64,000 bases of DNA, from NCBI GenBank assembly GCA_964019335.1, contig OZ025704.1, positions 310,001 to 374,000 of the forward strand, read 5' to 3'. The notes below the pieces were generated by a model, which searched no databases, was not told where the DNA came from, and was given only the letters and a program-made list of their open reading frames with translations. Positions 10,981 through 20,900 of this stretch are shown here, one piece after another. This DNA comes from Diplonema japonicum (Eukaryota > Protista > Euglenozoa: Diplonemea). Position 1 is the stretch's first letter; every line of letters begins with the position of its first letter. The translations under genes were made by a program, and so were the position numbers.

Positions 10981-12444
10981 ATGTATGACTTCCTTCCGGA
11001 GCTTGAATTTTCCCCGCTTAAAAAGCGTAAAGTGGTGATCCCCACACAGATGCCCTGTACACCGTGCCTCATGCATCCGAAGCCCGAAGAATCGTTAACC
11101 CAAGACGAAGACCTAGATATTTTTTGCACGCAGCTTGGCTCGCAGAATATCTACAGGTTCAACTTCGAGGGTGTGAGCATGGGTCAAGGCCCGCCTCCTG
11201 AAGACGCATCAATCTTTTCTGAAACACCCGAACGCGCTCGGGAAGTGGGTCGGACGCAAACACCTGCCCGGAGCGTGGATTCTGTGTTAAGGTTCGAGGA
11301 CTCGCTGAGGGAAGCCACCCCGTGTGTGACACAAACAGTGGACTACCTTAAGACCTTTGTATACAAACGGCAAGAAGCTTTAGACATGGCTATGAACAGA
11401 AAGGACCTGAACTACATCTTGGCAACGGACGCCGGTAGCGATGGGACGAAGAAGTTTTCTGTAGTCCCCAGAGGGTCCGTGAGGGACATCGTGATGTCGC
11501 AGGATTTGAAGGACCGGTGCTTTTACGCGGTCCTACCGCCATGCACGCCTGTTGATATCTACCTTGATATAGACAGAAAGCTGGCCCCCGGTGAAATCGT
11601 TGAAGTGGTAGAACGAGAGAAGATGTTGCACGGTGTGCTGAAGCAGCTGCAGAGCTCCCTTGCAACAGCTTACAACGTAAAGATCGAAAAGTTGCTGCTG
11701 TTAGATGCGTGCACGGCTTTGAAGGTGTCGTACCATGTTCATTGCGTGCTGGCCAACGACGTCGCGTTTGAAAACACGACAGCTCTGCAGAACTTTCTGA
11801 AAACAACGTTTCAAAACGAGCGGTGGGGGTGCGTGGACACCGCGCCTTACGGCAGGTACGCCTGCTTCCGGCTACCCGGATGCGTTAAGAGAGGCAAGAA
11901 CAACCCCCTCACCCTCATGAACTGCAACAACACGCACCACGAACCGCTTAAAGAACTGATTTTCAAGCACACCCCGCTTGTGTGGAGCGACGGCGGAGTT
12001 ATAGACATGTGTCTCATCACCAAGACAAGGCTATCGCGGACCGTCACGGGATACGGTGGTTTAAAGGAGATTCCCAGTAATCTCCCCACTGGCGCAGCGC
12101 TTGGCATCACAAAGCAACCAACATCACCGGAACCCGAAGAAGTCGTCCTTGGCGTCTTGAAGATATTCCGGGCTCTTTCACCCCACTATGCTAGGCTGAG
12201 GCCTGCTGATATCACCGTGAAGCGAAGACCCTCTGGCGGTGTACTCACGGCTTCCCAAAAAGCCACTACGTGGTGTAACCAAGTCGGACGGAAGCACTCA
12301 CATGCAATGACACACATTGCCATCTGCCGAGAAACAATTGCGGTGAAGTGCTGGTCTTCACGGTGCCCCAACGATGTCATATTGAACACCACCTCCTTGC
12401 CCTGCTACTCGGAGGGTCTTGTTGCAACGCTATTTGCTAGATAA
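10981..12444 (+). CDS. PRIMPOL: PrimPol-family DNA primase-polymerase (AEP domain + C-terminal zinc finger), ~487 aa
   Basis: Motif I IYLDID; motif II KVSYHVH; motif III VDTAPYGRYACFRLPGCVKRGK; C-H-C-C finger WCNQVGRKHSH...KCWSSRC. Start placed at ATG 10981 because the upstream part of the ORF-track entry runs through purine/low-complexity sequence. Confidence 0.9.
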   Translation: MYDFLPELEFSPLKKRKVVIPTQMPCTPCLMHPKPEESLTQDEDLDIFCTQLGSQNIYRFNFEGVSMGQGPPPEDASIFSETPERAREVGRTQTPARSVDSVLRFEDSLREATPCVTQTVDYLKTFVYKRQEALDMAMNRKDLNYILATDAGSDGTKKFSVVPRGSVRDIVMSQDLKDRCFYAVLPPCTPVDIYLDIDRKLAPGEIVEVVEREKMLHGVLKQLQSSLATAYNVKIEKLLLLDACTALKVSYHVHCVLANDVAFENTTALQNFLKTTFQNERWGCVDTAPYGRYACFRLPGCVKRGKNNPLTLMNCNNTHHEPLKELIFKHTPLVWSDGGVIDMCLITKTRLSRTVTGYGGLKEIPSNLPTGAALGITKQPTSPEPEEVVLGVLKIFRALSPHYARLRPADITVKRRPSGGVLTASQKATTWCNQVGRKHSHAMTHIAICRETIAVKCWSSRCPNDVILNTTSLPCYSEGLVATLFAR

Positions 12445-12541
12445 TGTGTAGATACGAATGTTATTATTATTATTCTGTTTTTGCATCCCCCCCCCCCCCC
12501 CCGCCTCTCTTCAAGTTAACAAGGCAAAGAAAAAAAGAAAG

Positions 12542-12910
12542 ATGTTGAGGGTCTTGACACCGCTGGCCACAAAGCCGGTGTCTGTCGTGGGTGGATGTCC
12601 TCGTGTTGCAGCATCTGAGCATGTGGAGGAGATCAGGAGGGAACGTGATGAGCTGCGGCATCAGCTTCGCCGGTTGAAAGATGAGATCATGGGGTACAGG
12701 GAGATAGAGATAGAGAACGCTGAGTTGGCGAAAGGTGGCTGCATGCTGGATTGCACTCCCCCCCGGATGCTTCTTGGGGACACCCGATCGCCTTTCACTC
12801 CGTTCACGCCCCACACTCCGGACCCGCCTGCTTCCCTGCCTTATCACCGAGCCATGCCCCCAAAGTCCACTCCTCCTGTTCACGGCTTCAGACGGACGTT
12901 GGTATTCTAG
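12542..12910 (+). CDS. ~122-aa hypothetical protein with a short coiled coil and a Pro-rich tail
   Basis: ATG after an A-rich leader. EEIRRERDELRHQLRRLKDEIMGYREIEIENAEL shows a heptad pattern, followed by several TP/SP sites. Confidence 0.6.
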   Translation: MLRVLTPLATKPVSVVGGCPRVAASEHVEEIRRERDELRHQLRRLKDEIMGYREIEIENAELAKGGCMLDCTPPRMLLGDTRSPFTPFTPHTPDPPASLPYHRAMPPKSTPPVHGFRRTLVF

Positions 12911-13278
12911 AAGGAGTGTTGCGACCTATTCCGAAACTAAGAGCTACCTACAGTGCGGTCTATACTCCCCTTTTATATAGGGGTCTGCGGCTCTCGCGGA
13001 GAGCTTGCGTTCGATTTCTTTTTTTTTTTATTCTCTTTTTTATCGTTACGACAAAAAAAAAAGTACCCCCCTTCCCTCTCCCCATTGTAGATCACCCTAA
13101 TTGTTCAAAAAGTTTTTTTTTCATTGTTTGTTTGTTTTTTTTTTTTTTTTTCCCTTCGGCACGAAGGAGTACGGGCGTGCCCTTGTATTGTAGGAAAATC
13201 CCACCCCCCCCCCCTTTTTTTGGTTTTTTCGGAAATACTCACAGCATACTCAGAAAGGGAGAAGTAAAAATAAATAAA

Positions 13279-14721
13279 ATGTTACGCGGTCTCATGAAGC
13301 AAGCAAGGTGTTTTGGCCAGGTCCCGGGGTGGATCGGGAACCTTCACGAGGCGCAGAAGGCTGACAAGGGAACATCTGTGAACTATGATATCAAAATGTA
13401 CGACGAGATTCTTTACGAGCCTGCTAGGTACATCTTCGACGAAAAGGTATACGAGGGGCTGACCCTCGCCGCCAAGGCTGCTTTCTGCGGCAACGACACC
13501 GATAAGGAATACGTGTGCATAGGGGAGGCCTTTGCCTTTCCCGACTGGGGGGATAATCCCGTGGTTAACGACCCGCAACATCCCGCAAAACTTTGGTGGG
13601 ACCCTTCTGTGGGAACGGAGAAGGTGATGGTCCAGCTTGGACCTCACATACCGCCTGCTTTATGGATACCCATTCGGCCTACCCATGAGGCTGTGAAGCG
13701 ACTTTTCAGTGATTTCACGACAGTTGATGCTATTCACCTTGAGCGGTACCTTACTAAGTTTGAGGAGACGCAGCAGAAGTATGAGGAGCAAACCAACACG
13801 ACCCTTGTCGAGTCTGGGGGGAACTTCCGTGCGTCCGACCATTTCCGCGACGGGCTTCGTTTTGGCTCCGTCGCTGAGCTTCGCAAGGACTACCCCTTGG
13901 CCACCACCTTGTACCTCGGCACAGTGGATCACCCGAGCGACATCGAGAAACGGATTTTATCAGACCCTCCAAACACTTGTCTCTTCTCATGGCCAATTCT
14001 CTCCGCAAAGCAGGATGAAACAGATGTTCCCAGCTACACTGCCTTCCGTTCGGTATTCTCGAAATCGATAGTGCTGTTTATGACGCGTATGGACTTGTCC
14101 CCTGCTTTCGACTGTCCTGAAGGGCTTTCTGTCACATCTGAAGCTCCCGTTTTTGCGCACATTGTGTACCCGGAGTACCCCAGGATGAGTGGGGGGAAGC
14201 AGCTTATAAAACGTTTCAACGCAAACTTCGGTGCTGAGTTCCCTGATGACATTCCTGTAGACGTTGCAGCGGCGTTGTGGCGGTTCAATGCTGTAGGGAA
14301 GGAGAGGCTGGCTGCAAAACTTGAGAGAATGATCTCGACTCTGCCTGAAAAGCTCGGGAGGACCACAGATGAGAGGAAACAGATAAACGAGATCGCGACA
14401 ACGACAGCAGCCCTCGCAGGTGTAGGGGACGAAGGGTTTGTCCAACGTACTGCCACTCTCCGCACCCGACCGGAACCACAGCTCCGTCTTGCTGTCGCTG
14501 TTGGTTACAACATGCTCGGGCTTGCTGATGAATTTGCTTCAATCCTTGCCGCAGAGACCGACCCCGAGGTATCCTCTGCTATGGAGTCACACTCCACACG
14601 CTCAAAGGGCCTCACATCCTCGTTCACCCTCAGCGACCACTCTTTAGAGACTGCCTCCAACGTTATCAACCCGACCTTCACGGCGCAGTCACCCGAGGAA
14701 CTGGATGCCCAGAAGGAATAA
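13279..14721 (+). CDS. 480-aa hypothetical protein, probably mitochondrion-targeted
   Basis: Long ORF with strong coding composition. N-terminus MLRGLMKQARCF resembles short euglenozoan mitochondrial presequences. No recognisable domain. Confidence 0.7.
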   Translation: MLRGLMKQARCFGQVPGWIGNLHEAQKADKGTSVNYDIKMYDEILYEPARYIFDEKVYEGLTLAAKAAFCGNDTDKEYVCIGEAFAFPDWGDNPVVNDPQHPAKLWWDPSVGTEKVMVQLGPHIPPALWIPIRPTHEAVKRLFSDFTTVDAIHLERYLTKFEETQQKYEEQTNTTLVESGGNFRASDHFRDGLRFGSVAELRKDYPLATTLYLGTVDHPSDIEKRILSDPPNTCLFSWPILSAKQDETDVPSYTAFRSVFSKSIVLFMTRMDLSPAFDCPEGLSVTSEAPVFAHIVYPEYPRMSGGKQLIKRFNANFGAEFPDDIPVDVAAALWRFNAVGKERLAAKLERMISTLPEKLGRTTDERKQINEIATTTAALAGVGDEGFVQRTATLRTRPEPQLRLAVAVGYNMLGLADEFASILAAETDPEVSSAMESHSTRSKGLTSSFTLSDHSLETASNVINPTFTAQSPEELDAQKE

Positions 14722-14980
14722 ATTTCTGGTTTTCCGAATGAAAATCATTGAGTTGGGCTTGCTGGTCTGCTCTGCAGTGTTTTTTTTTTTTTTTTTTTTT
14801 GCGTTTTATTCTTCTTTTTTCTTTCCCCCTCTTGACCCTCAACCCCCATAAAGGAGACGCTGCACATAAAAAAAAAAAGGAAAAAAAAAGTGGGCCACAA
14901 CGGGAAAGCAAAGCCAAAAACGAAGCGTCTCAACAAACGGCAAATGTCTGCTTAACGAGTGCAAGGTATCTGCAATTAGC

Positions 14981-17900
14981 ATGAGCGGCGAGACTGACTA
15001 CGTGCAACGTATAGGGGAGTATGTGGCGCAGCTGAAGAACGGCAACCATGATGAACGAATGAAAACGAAGAGAGCGGTGGGGACCCTCATGCGGCAAGCG
15101 CTGGTAGAGCTAACGCTGGACAAGCTTCAGGAGATTGAAAGATGCATCAACTTTGCGATCTACGACTGTTTTGTAGATGGGGTGCAGGTGGCGGGGCTGC
15201 TACTTATAGACGAGCTGGTGGACATCGACTACATGGAAGGGGCACTGAAGACAACAAGGTTTGCAAACTACCTTCGCGGTGCTTTGCCCACCGAGCACCC
15301 AGCCCAAGCGGAGCTGGTGGCAACAACACTTGGGAAGATAGCCATGGAGGGCGGCATCCTCGCCTCGGAGGTCATCGAGGCGGAGCTCCGCCGTTGTGTC
15401 GAGTGGCTTGCCGTCGTCACCTCTATCACCGACAGCGGGAACAGACGGTACGGTGCCATCTTCGTCATCAATGAGCTCACCATCCGTGCACCGCACATCA
15501 TTGCTACCCGTTTGGAGGTTATTCTTGCTCACATTTCTAATGGAATGAAAGACATACGCCATCGTGCACAGCAGACCTGCTCCGTCATGCTCGGCTCCCT
15601 CCTCAAGCTCCTCAGCGACCGGTCTCTCAGAACGCGAGACATGTACTTCGGACGCCTTTTCGAAGACGCCTGCGAGCTCATTGACTCCTCTCGTTCCCAG
15701 GTGATGACCTTCACTCAAACAAGCAAGACCACCACCGTGCAGCTCTCCCACCAAGAGGTATCCGAAGCATCCTTCCGAGGCGGGTGCCTCATGCTTCGCG
15801 AGCTGTACGCCGTGCCCCCTTCCAGAAAGCACCCCATCTCCACCCTGCTTCTGGGGAAGTTCTCGTTCATCCTCGATACCGTACTGGAAGACCTGCCCAA
15901 GTCGAAGGGCTCCCTCGGCAACGTGCTCGAAGCGATGACACGCCTGCTGACTGTGATGGCGAAGTTCCACTCCGAAGGCTTCGGCCAGAAGTATCTCGGC
16001 AAAGCTGTGGACGTTTTCTTCTTGTTGTGGAAAACGAACCCGAAGAACGCGACGAAAGCATCTCTCTTGAAGATGATTGGCAACATGTTCAAGTCCATCG
16101 GCGCAGCTGAGCCGGTGAAGCTGGACCCCCAGAAGGCAAGCTCCATCACAAGCATCCTGCGCACGGAGATAGCGTCAAAGATAGGGTGCAGTGCTGCTGC
16201 TGTTCTGTGCGTCGCAGACCTGGCTAGGTCACTACCTGCTTCGGAATATGAACAAGACGCCCTGCAGCTCATCACACTTGGCTTGGAGAACATGGGTGTC
16301 ACAGCAGAAGTATGCGAAGCAGTGTCCCAGACGGGGATCGTGCTCACTGGTGTGAAGGACGAGCTCCACAAAAGGATGCTGTACACTATACGGATGATCT
16401 TGGCACCAAAGGAAATTGCACCGCTACCAGCAAAAGGCAAGAAAGTGGTGCAGCCCAGGCGGTACACCGAGAAAGATGTGAAGCTGGCGATCATGATGCT
16501 GAGCAACGTTGCAGCTGTGGCCCCAGAGCGTGTGATGATGAACAAGCTTTGGAACAGCGTGGTACCGTACCTAACACACGAGAGCCTAGGGCTGCGGATG
16601 GCCGCCATCAAGACAACAGGGGAGCTGCTCACGGTGTCGCTTCCCGGCCTCGGAAACGTCAGGAGCCCCATCGCAAGCGAGGTACTCGAAAAGATGCTTG
16701 CGGTCGCCGCTGCTGACATAGACTCAAACGTCAGAATGGCAGCGCTAAAGATGCTGCCGCCGCAGCTAGATGACTACCTTTGCCGTCCAACTATTATCAA
16801 GATGCTGGTCACAGCGGCTTATGATATGACCGAACCCACTCTACGCTTCACAGCACTGAGCGTGCTTGGTCGGCTGTCCACAAAACAACCAGGCATGATC
16901 TTGCCCCCACTGCGAAAGCTCCTTATCAGCGTGCTAAACGAGCTGAGTCACCCACGCGACAACATAGCGCATCAGCAATCCTCTGAAGTCCTCGGCCACA
17001 TCATCGCCTCGGCACCCAAGCTGGCGCACATGTACGCTGTGGCCATCCGCGATGCACTTCTCCCAAAGCTAACGTCCACCACAGCTTCACTGAAAACCGC
17101 CGTGATGTGCACGTTGAACACACTAGCGTCGGTAGGGGGCAAGGATATGATGAGCGTGGATGAGGTGATGATAGTGGTTATGAAAACGTTGGAAGAGGGG
17201 AAGCCAAGCCTGCAGAGGAGGTTGGCTTGCTTGCAGTGTCTCGCCAGTCTGATGCGGGCGGTCGACTGGGAAGTGCATCCTTACGAGAGGTTCCCTGGCC
17301 TGCTGTCGCTGCTGCTGCGTATTTTGCAGCTACCGCAACCGAACCCGACTGCGGAGGACGAGATCAGGGGGGGCGTGCTGAAGTGCTTGGGTGTGGCTGG
17401 TGCCTACGAGCCGTACAGGCTGCGGTACCAGGCATCAAGGTCGAAGATAAGGTTTGACAAGAGGAGCATGCAGGTGCTGTCGTCGCTTGCACCGGGCAGG
17501 GGCGTAGTAGGGGAGACAGACTTGTCACCGCTGATCCCTAGCTGCGGAGGTGAGCAGCTAGCATCGCACCTGTCACAGTACAACCCCAACCTGAGTATCA
17601 GGGTGCTGCTGAAAGTCGTGGACGACAGCTCGCTGTCCTCTTCCAACCACAAGATGGCTGTAGGGGCCATTGTCATGGTCGTGCATCGTCTGGATCCGAA
17701 GGAGTACCCCATGTACCTGGAAAAGATCTACAACGCCATCCTCTCATCTATGCAAGACACAGACGACCCTTCCTTGTTGTCCTTCATCATCCAACAAGTA
17801 CGCATCCTCTCTGAGATCGTAGGTCTCCACAGCAGGCCTTTCTTAGAAGACATCATCAACGCCGTTTCGCGTTTGTGCAGCACAGCGATGAAGCTCGAAT

Positions 17901-20900
17901 ACGAGCTACTGATCCAGGCACTGTCCCTTGTCATCGACCTCAGGATTCTATGCAGAGAGAGCTTCCTGCCGCACGTGAAGAAGGTGGTACCTTTGATCGG
18001 GATGGCACTGACGCAGAGAAGGGTTGTGAGCGTCTCGAAGGCGCTGCTGGCCATGGAGGTTATGGGATCGTTCTTGGAAGGGTTCCTCACAATATTGATC
18101 CCTCTGGTGCTGAAGTGCATTGGAGAGGAACAGCTAAAGTTGATTCACCATGCTGGGAAGGCGAGCCCTGCGACTCCCACGCACAACACGGAGAGAAAGC
18201 GCTCATCAGGTGCCTCTTCGGCGAGTGCTCGAGGCGGCATTGCGGTGGTGCAGCCGAGCGACAGCGAAGCTAAGGAGCGGCTCAACCTATTCAAGGTGGC
18301 ATCTCGAGCGCTTCACACCATCCACGCCTTGTCGTTCAAGGTTAGCTTGCGGGAATTCTCTGCGAAGATTCTGCACGCCCTCCTCCGAATTCTGACCACC
18401 GACCCCACCGAGCGGCAACGGCTTCACATCACACCGAAGTCATTTTCCCGGACTGCCTCCAATGAAGAGGCGCCCAAACTGCACCGCAGCAGGGTGCACT
18501 CCCTTGACAGCAACTCCCGTGACTCCCCCGACACCAAGATGGAGACCCTTTCGCTGATCCACCAGCTGGAGATTGAAGCGGTCCACGTACTTTGCGGTGT
18601 TGTGCCAAATATGCAACCGGAGGCCAAAGCCATTGAAAACACGCTGATACGCGTGGTGAGGACGAAGAATCTCCACACAGACACCTTCTGCCAGATTGTG
18701 ATTAACCACGGGACACCCCTGGAGAGGCCGGCGGAGCCCATCCACAAGAAGGTCCTCAGCACCATGACAGGCGATACGAGGGAGCTGGTCTGCAACCCGC
18801 GTGCCCTGAGCGGCGTCGTTGATGTGAGCAGCCAGACCACACCAGGGGAGTGGATCGAGTGGCTACGGGTGTTGAGCATCGAGCTGGTCAGGGAGAGCCC
18901 GTCACCTGCTTTGCGTGCATGTGCGAACCTTGCGCAGGTGAATTTGTCGGTAGCAAAGCAGCTGTTCAATGCTGCCTTCGTTTCGTGTTATCTGTATCTC
19001 CCACAGCCGCAGAAGGGCCATCTTCTGCAGGCAATCATTCTTGCGATCCAATCCCCCACTATTCCCCCCGATGTACTGCAGCCACTTTTGAGCTTGGCAG
19101 AGTTCATGGAGCATATGGAGGTCAGCGAGGAGCCCACTGCAAAGGCCAAAGCCTCAGTGATGTCCCCAACCTCGTTTCAGCGTGTGGAAAGCTGTCAGAT
19201 GGCAGTCTCAGAAGTGTTTAGTATGCCGTGTAGCGAAATGGAGGGAGAGACTCTCCCGCGGTCGGAGGTGCTGCAAGGCACCCCCCAAGGCCTTTTCGAG
19301 ACCACGAGAGCTGATGTATTCAGACCGCCACCCGCTGCCCCACAGAGCAAACCGGTGAGGAAGGCATACGAAGCTGTTCACGTAACACCACCTTTGCCTT
19401 TACCCAGCGAAATGGACTTGGACATGCTTGCAGAGAAGGCAGAAAATTGCCAAATGTACGCGAAAGCCCTGCACTACAGAGAGCTCATATTCATCGATCA
19501 CTTGAAGCGGGAGGTAGGTGGGATGTTCGGGCAGTACGTGGACGGCTACGTGGTACCCTTCACGCCCATTCAAAGCATGCTGGAGCAAGGCCTTGTTGAA
19601 CGCACGTGGAAGGGCTGGGTGGGGCATGTTGTCAAAATCGTGAGGTTGCACCAGCACCTTCGGAACCATCACTCTGCCCATGGAATCCTGTCCTTTGCGT
19701 TGGCAAACTTCGACAGAGTTGTGCTCTCCGATGGGCTGTATATACCAAAGGTAGAAGCCTCTGTGTACGAGGAGTTACATCAGTGGGACAGGGCAAAGGA
19801 AGAGTGGCTCCTTGTCCTGGAAAGGCTAGACGCTGAGCGTGCACAAAACGCTTTGCAGCAGACACTTGACATCACGCCCAACGGTGTGAGGAATGGGTCG
19901 TCGCCACGTATCTCGTCTTCCAGATCGTACGAGATGAAAGGCTTCAGCAGCACAAACGAACTGTGGTCCAGCGGGACCCCTTCGAACTCCATCACGAGCT
20001 CAGCGACGCCGAGTCTCTCGCAAATCGCAGCAACGTACAAATCTAAGTATGTTCACACACACCTTTCCACCTTTTCTGCAGCAAAGTTGACTGTGATCGT
20101 TCCCGAGTCATCCAGGGCCTCATCAAGGCGTGCAGGAGCCTTGGTGAGTGGTCCGAGGTTCTCCGTTTGGCGGAGCAGCTTCCCCATGACCACTACCACG
20201 TGGACACCTTCGATGAGGTCTCACGCGCCGCATGGATGCTGCAGGTAAGACGAAAAAAAGAGAAGAAAAAAAGAAAAAACACGCACCCCGCAGGAGTGGG
20301 ACGTCTTGTCGAAAACCACTGCCAAGATGCACCCTGAAAACGTCCAAAAACACGTATGGCATGATCCTCAAGGTGGCATCACACTACAGATACACGAAGC
20401 GGTCCTTGCTATCCACAAGGACGCCTTGCCTGAAGCCACTGCCTCCATTCTAACAGCACGGAAGTGCATCCAACCCGACATCGGCGCCCTCGCCTCGGAG
20501 TCGTACTCGCGTGCGTATCCCCTTATTGTTAAGCTGCAGGTTCTCGCTGAACTTGAAGAAGTGATTGAGTGGAAGCAGAGGGGTGGCATCGAAGCGCTTG
20601 AGCCAGACCAGCTGGAGGGCTTGCTGGGCATGTGGAAGGCTCGTCTCTATGCTATTGAACGACGCGCCAGGTACTGGGAAGAGAACCTGGCCATCCGCAG
20701 GATCTTGGTATGTCGATTCCCTACTAGAAGTCTTTCAACCACCTACAGGTCCCTCCCCAGCAGCAGCTAGACTGCTGGCTGAAGTTCGTCTCGATTGCAC
20801 GGAAAGCGAACAAGCCAGACCTTGCACGAAGCACGTTGAAGGAACTACTTGAGATCAGCGCCGAAGAAAGTATCAGGCTGAAGGTGACCTCTGTGGACCC

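Noticed and set aside
10687-13278. ORF-track N-terminal extensions of PrimPol (from 10687) and the 480-aa protein (from 12751); same for 23972, 43379 and 51145
   Set aside because: They start at non-ATG codons or run through low-complexity leaders. Downstream ATGs at the composition boundary are more plausible.
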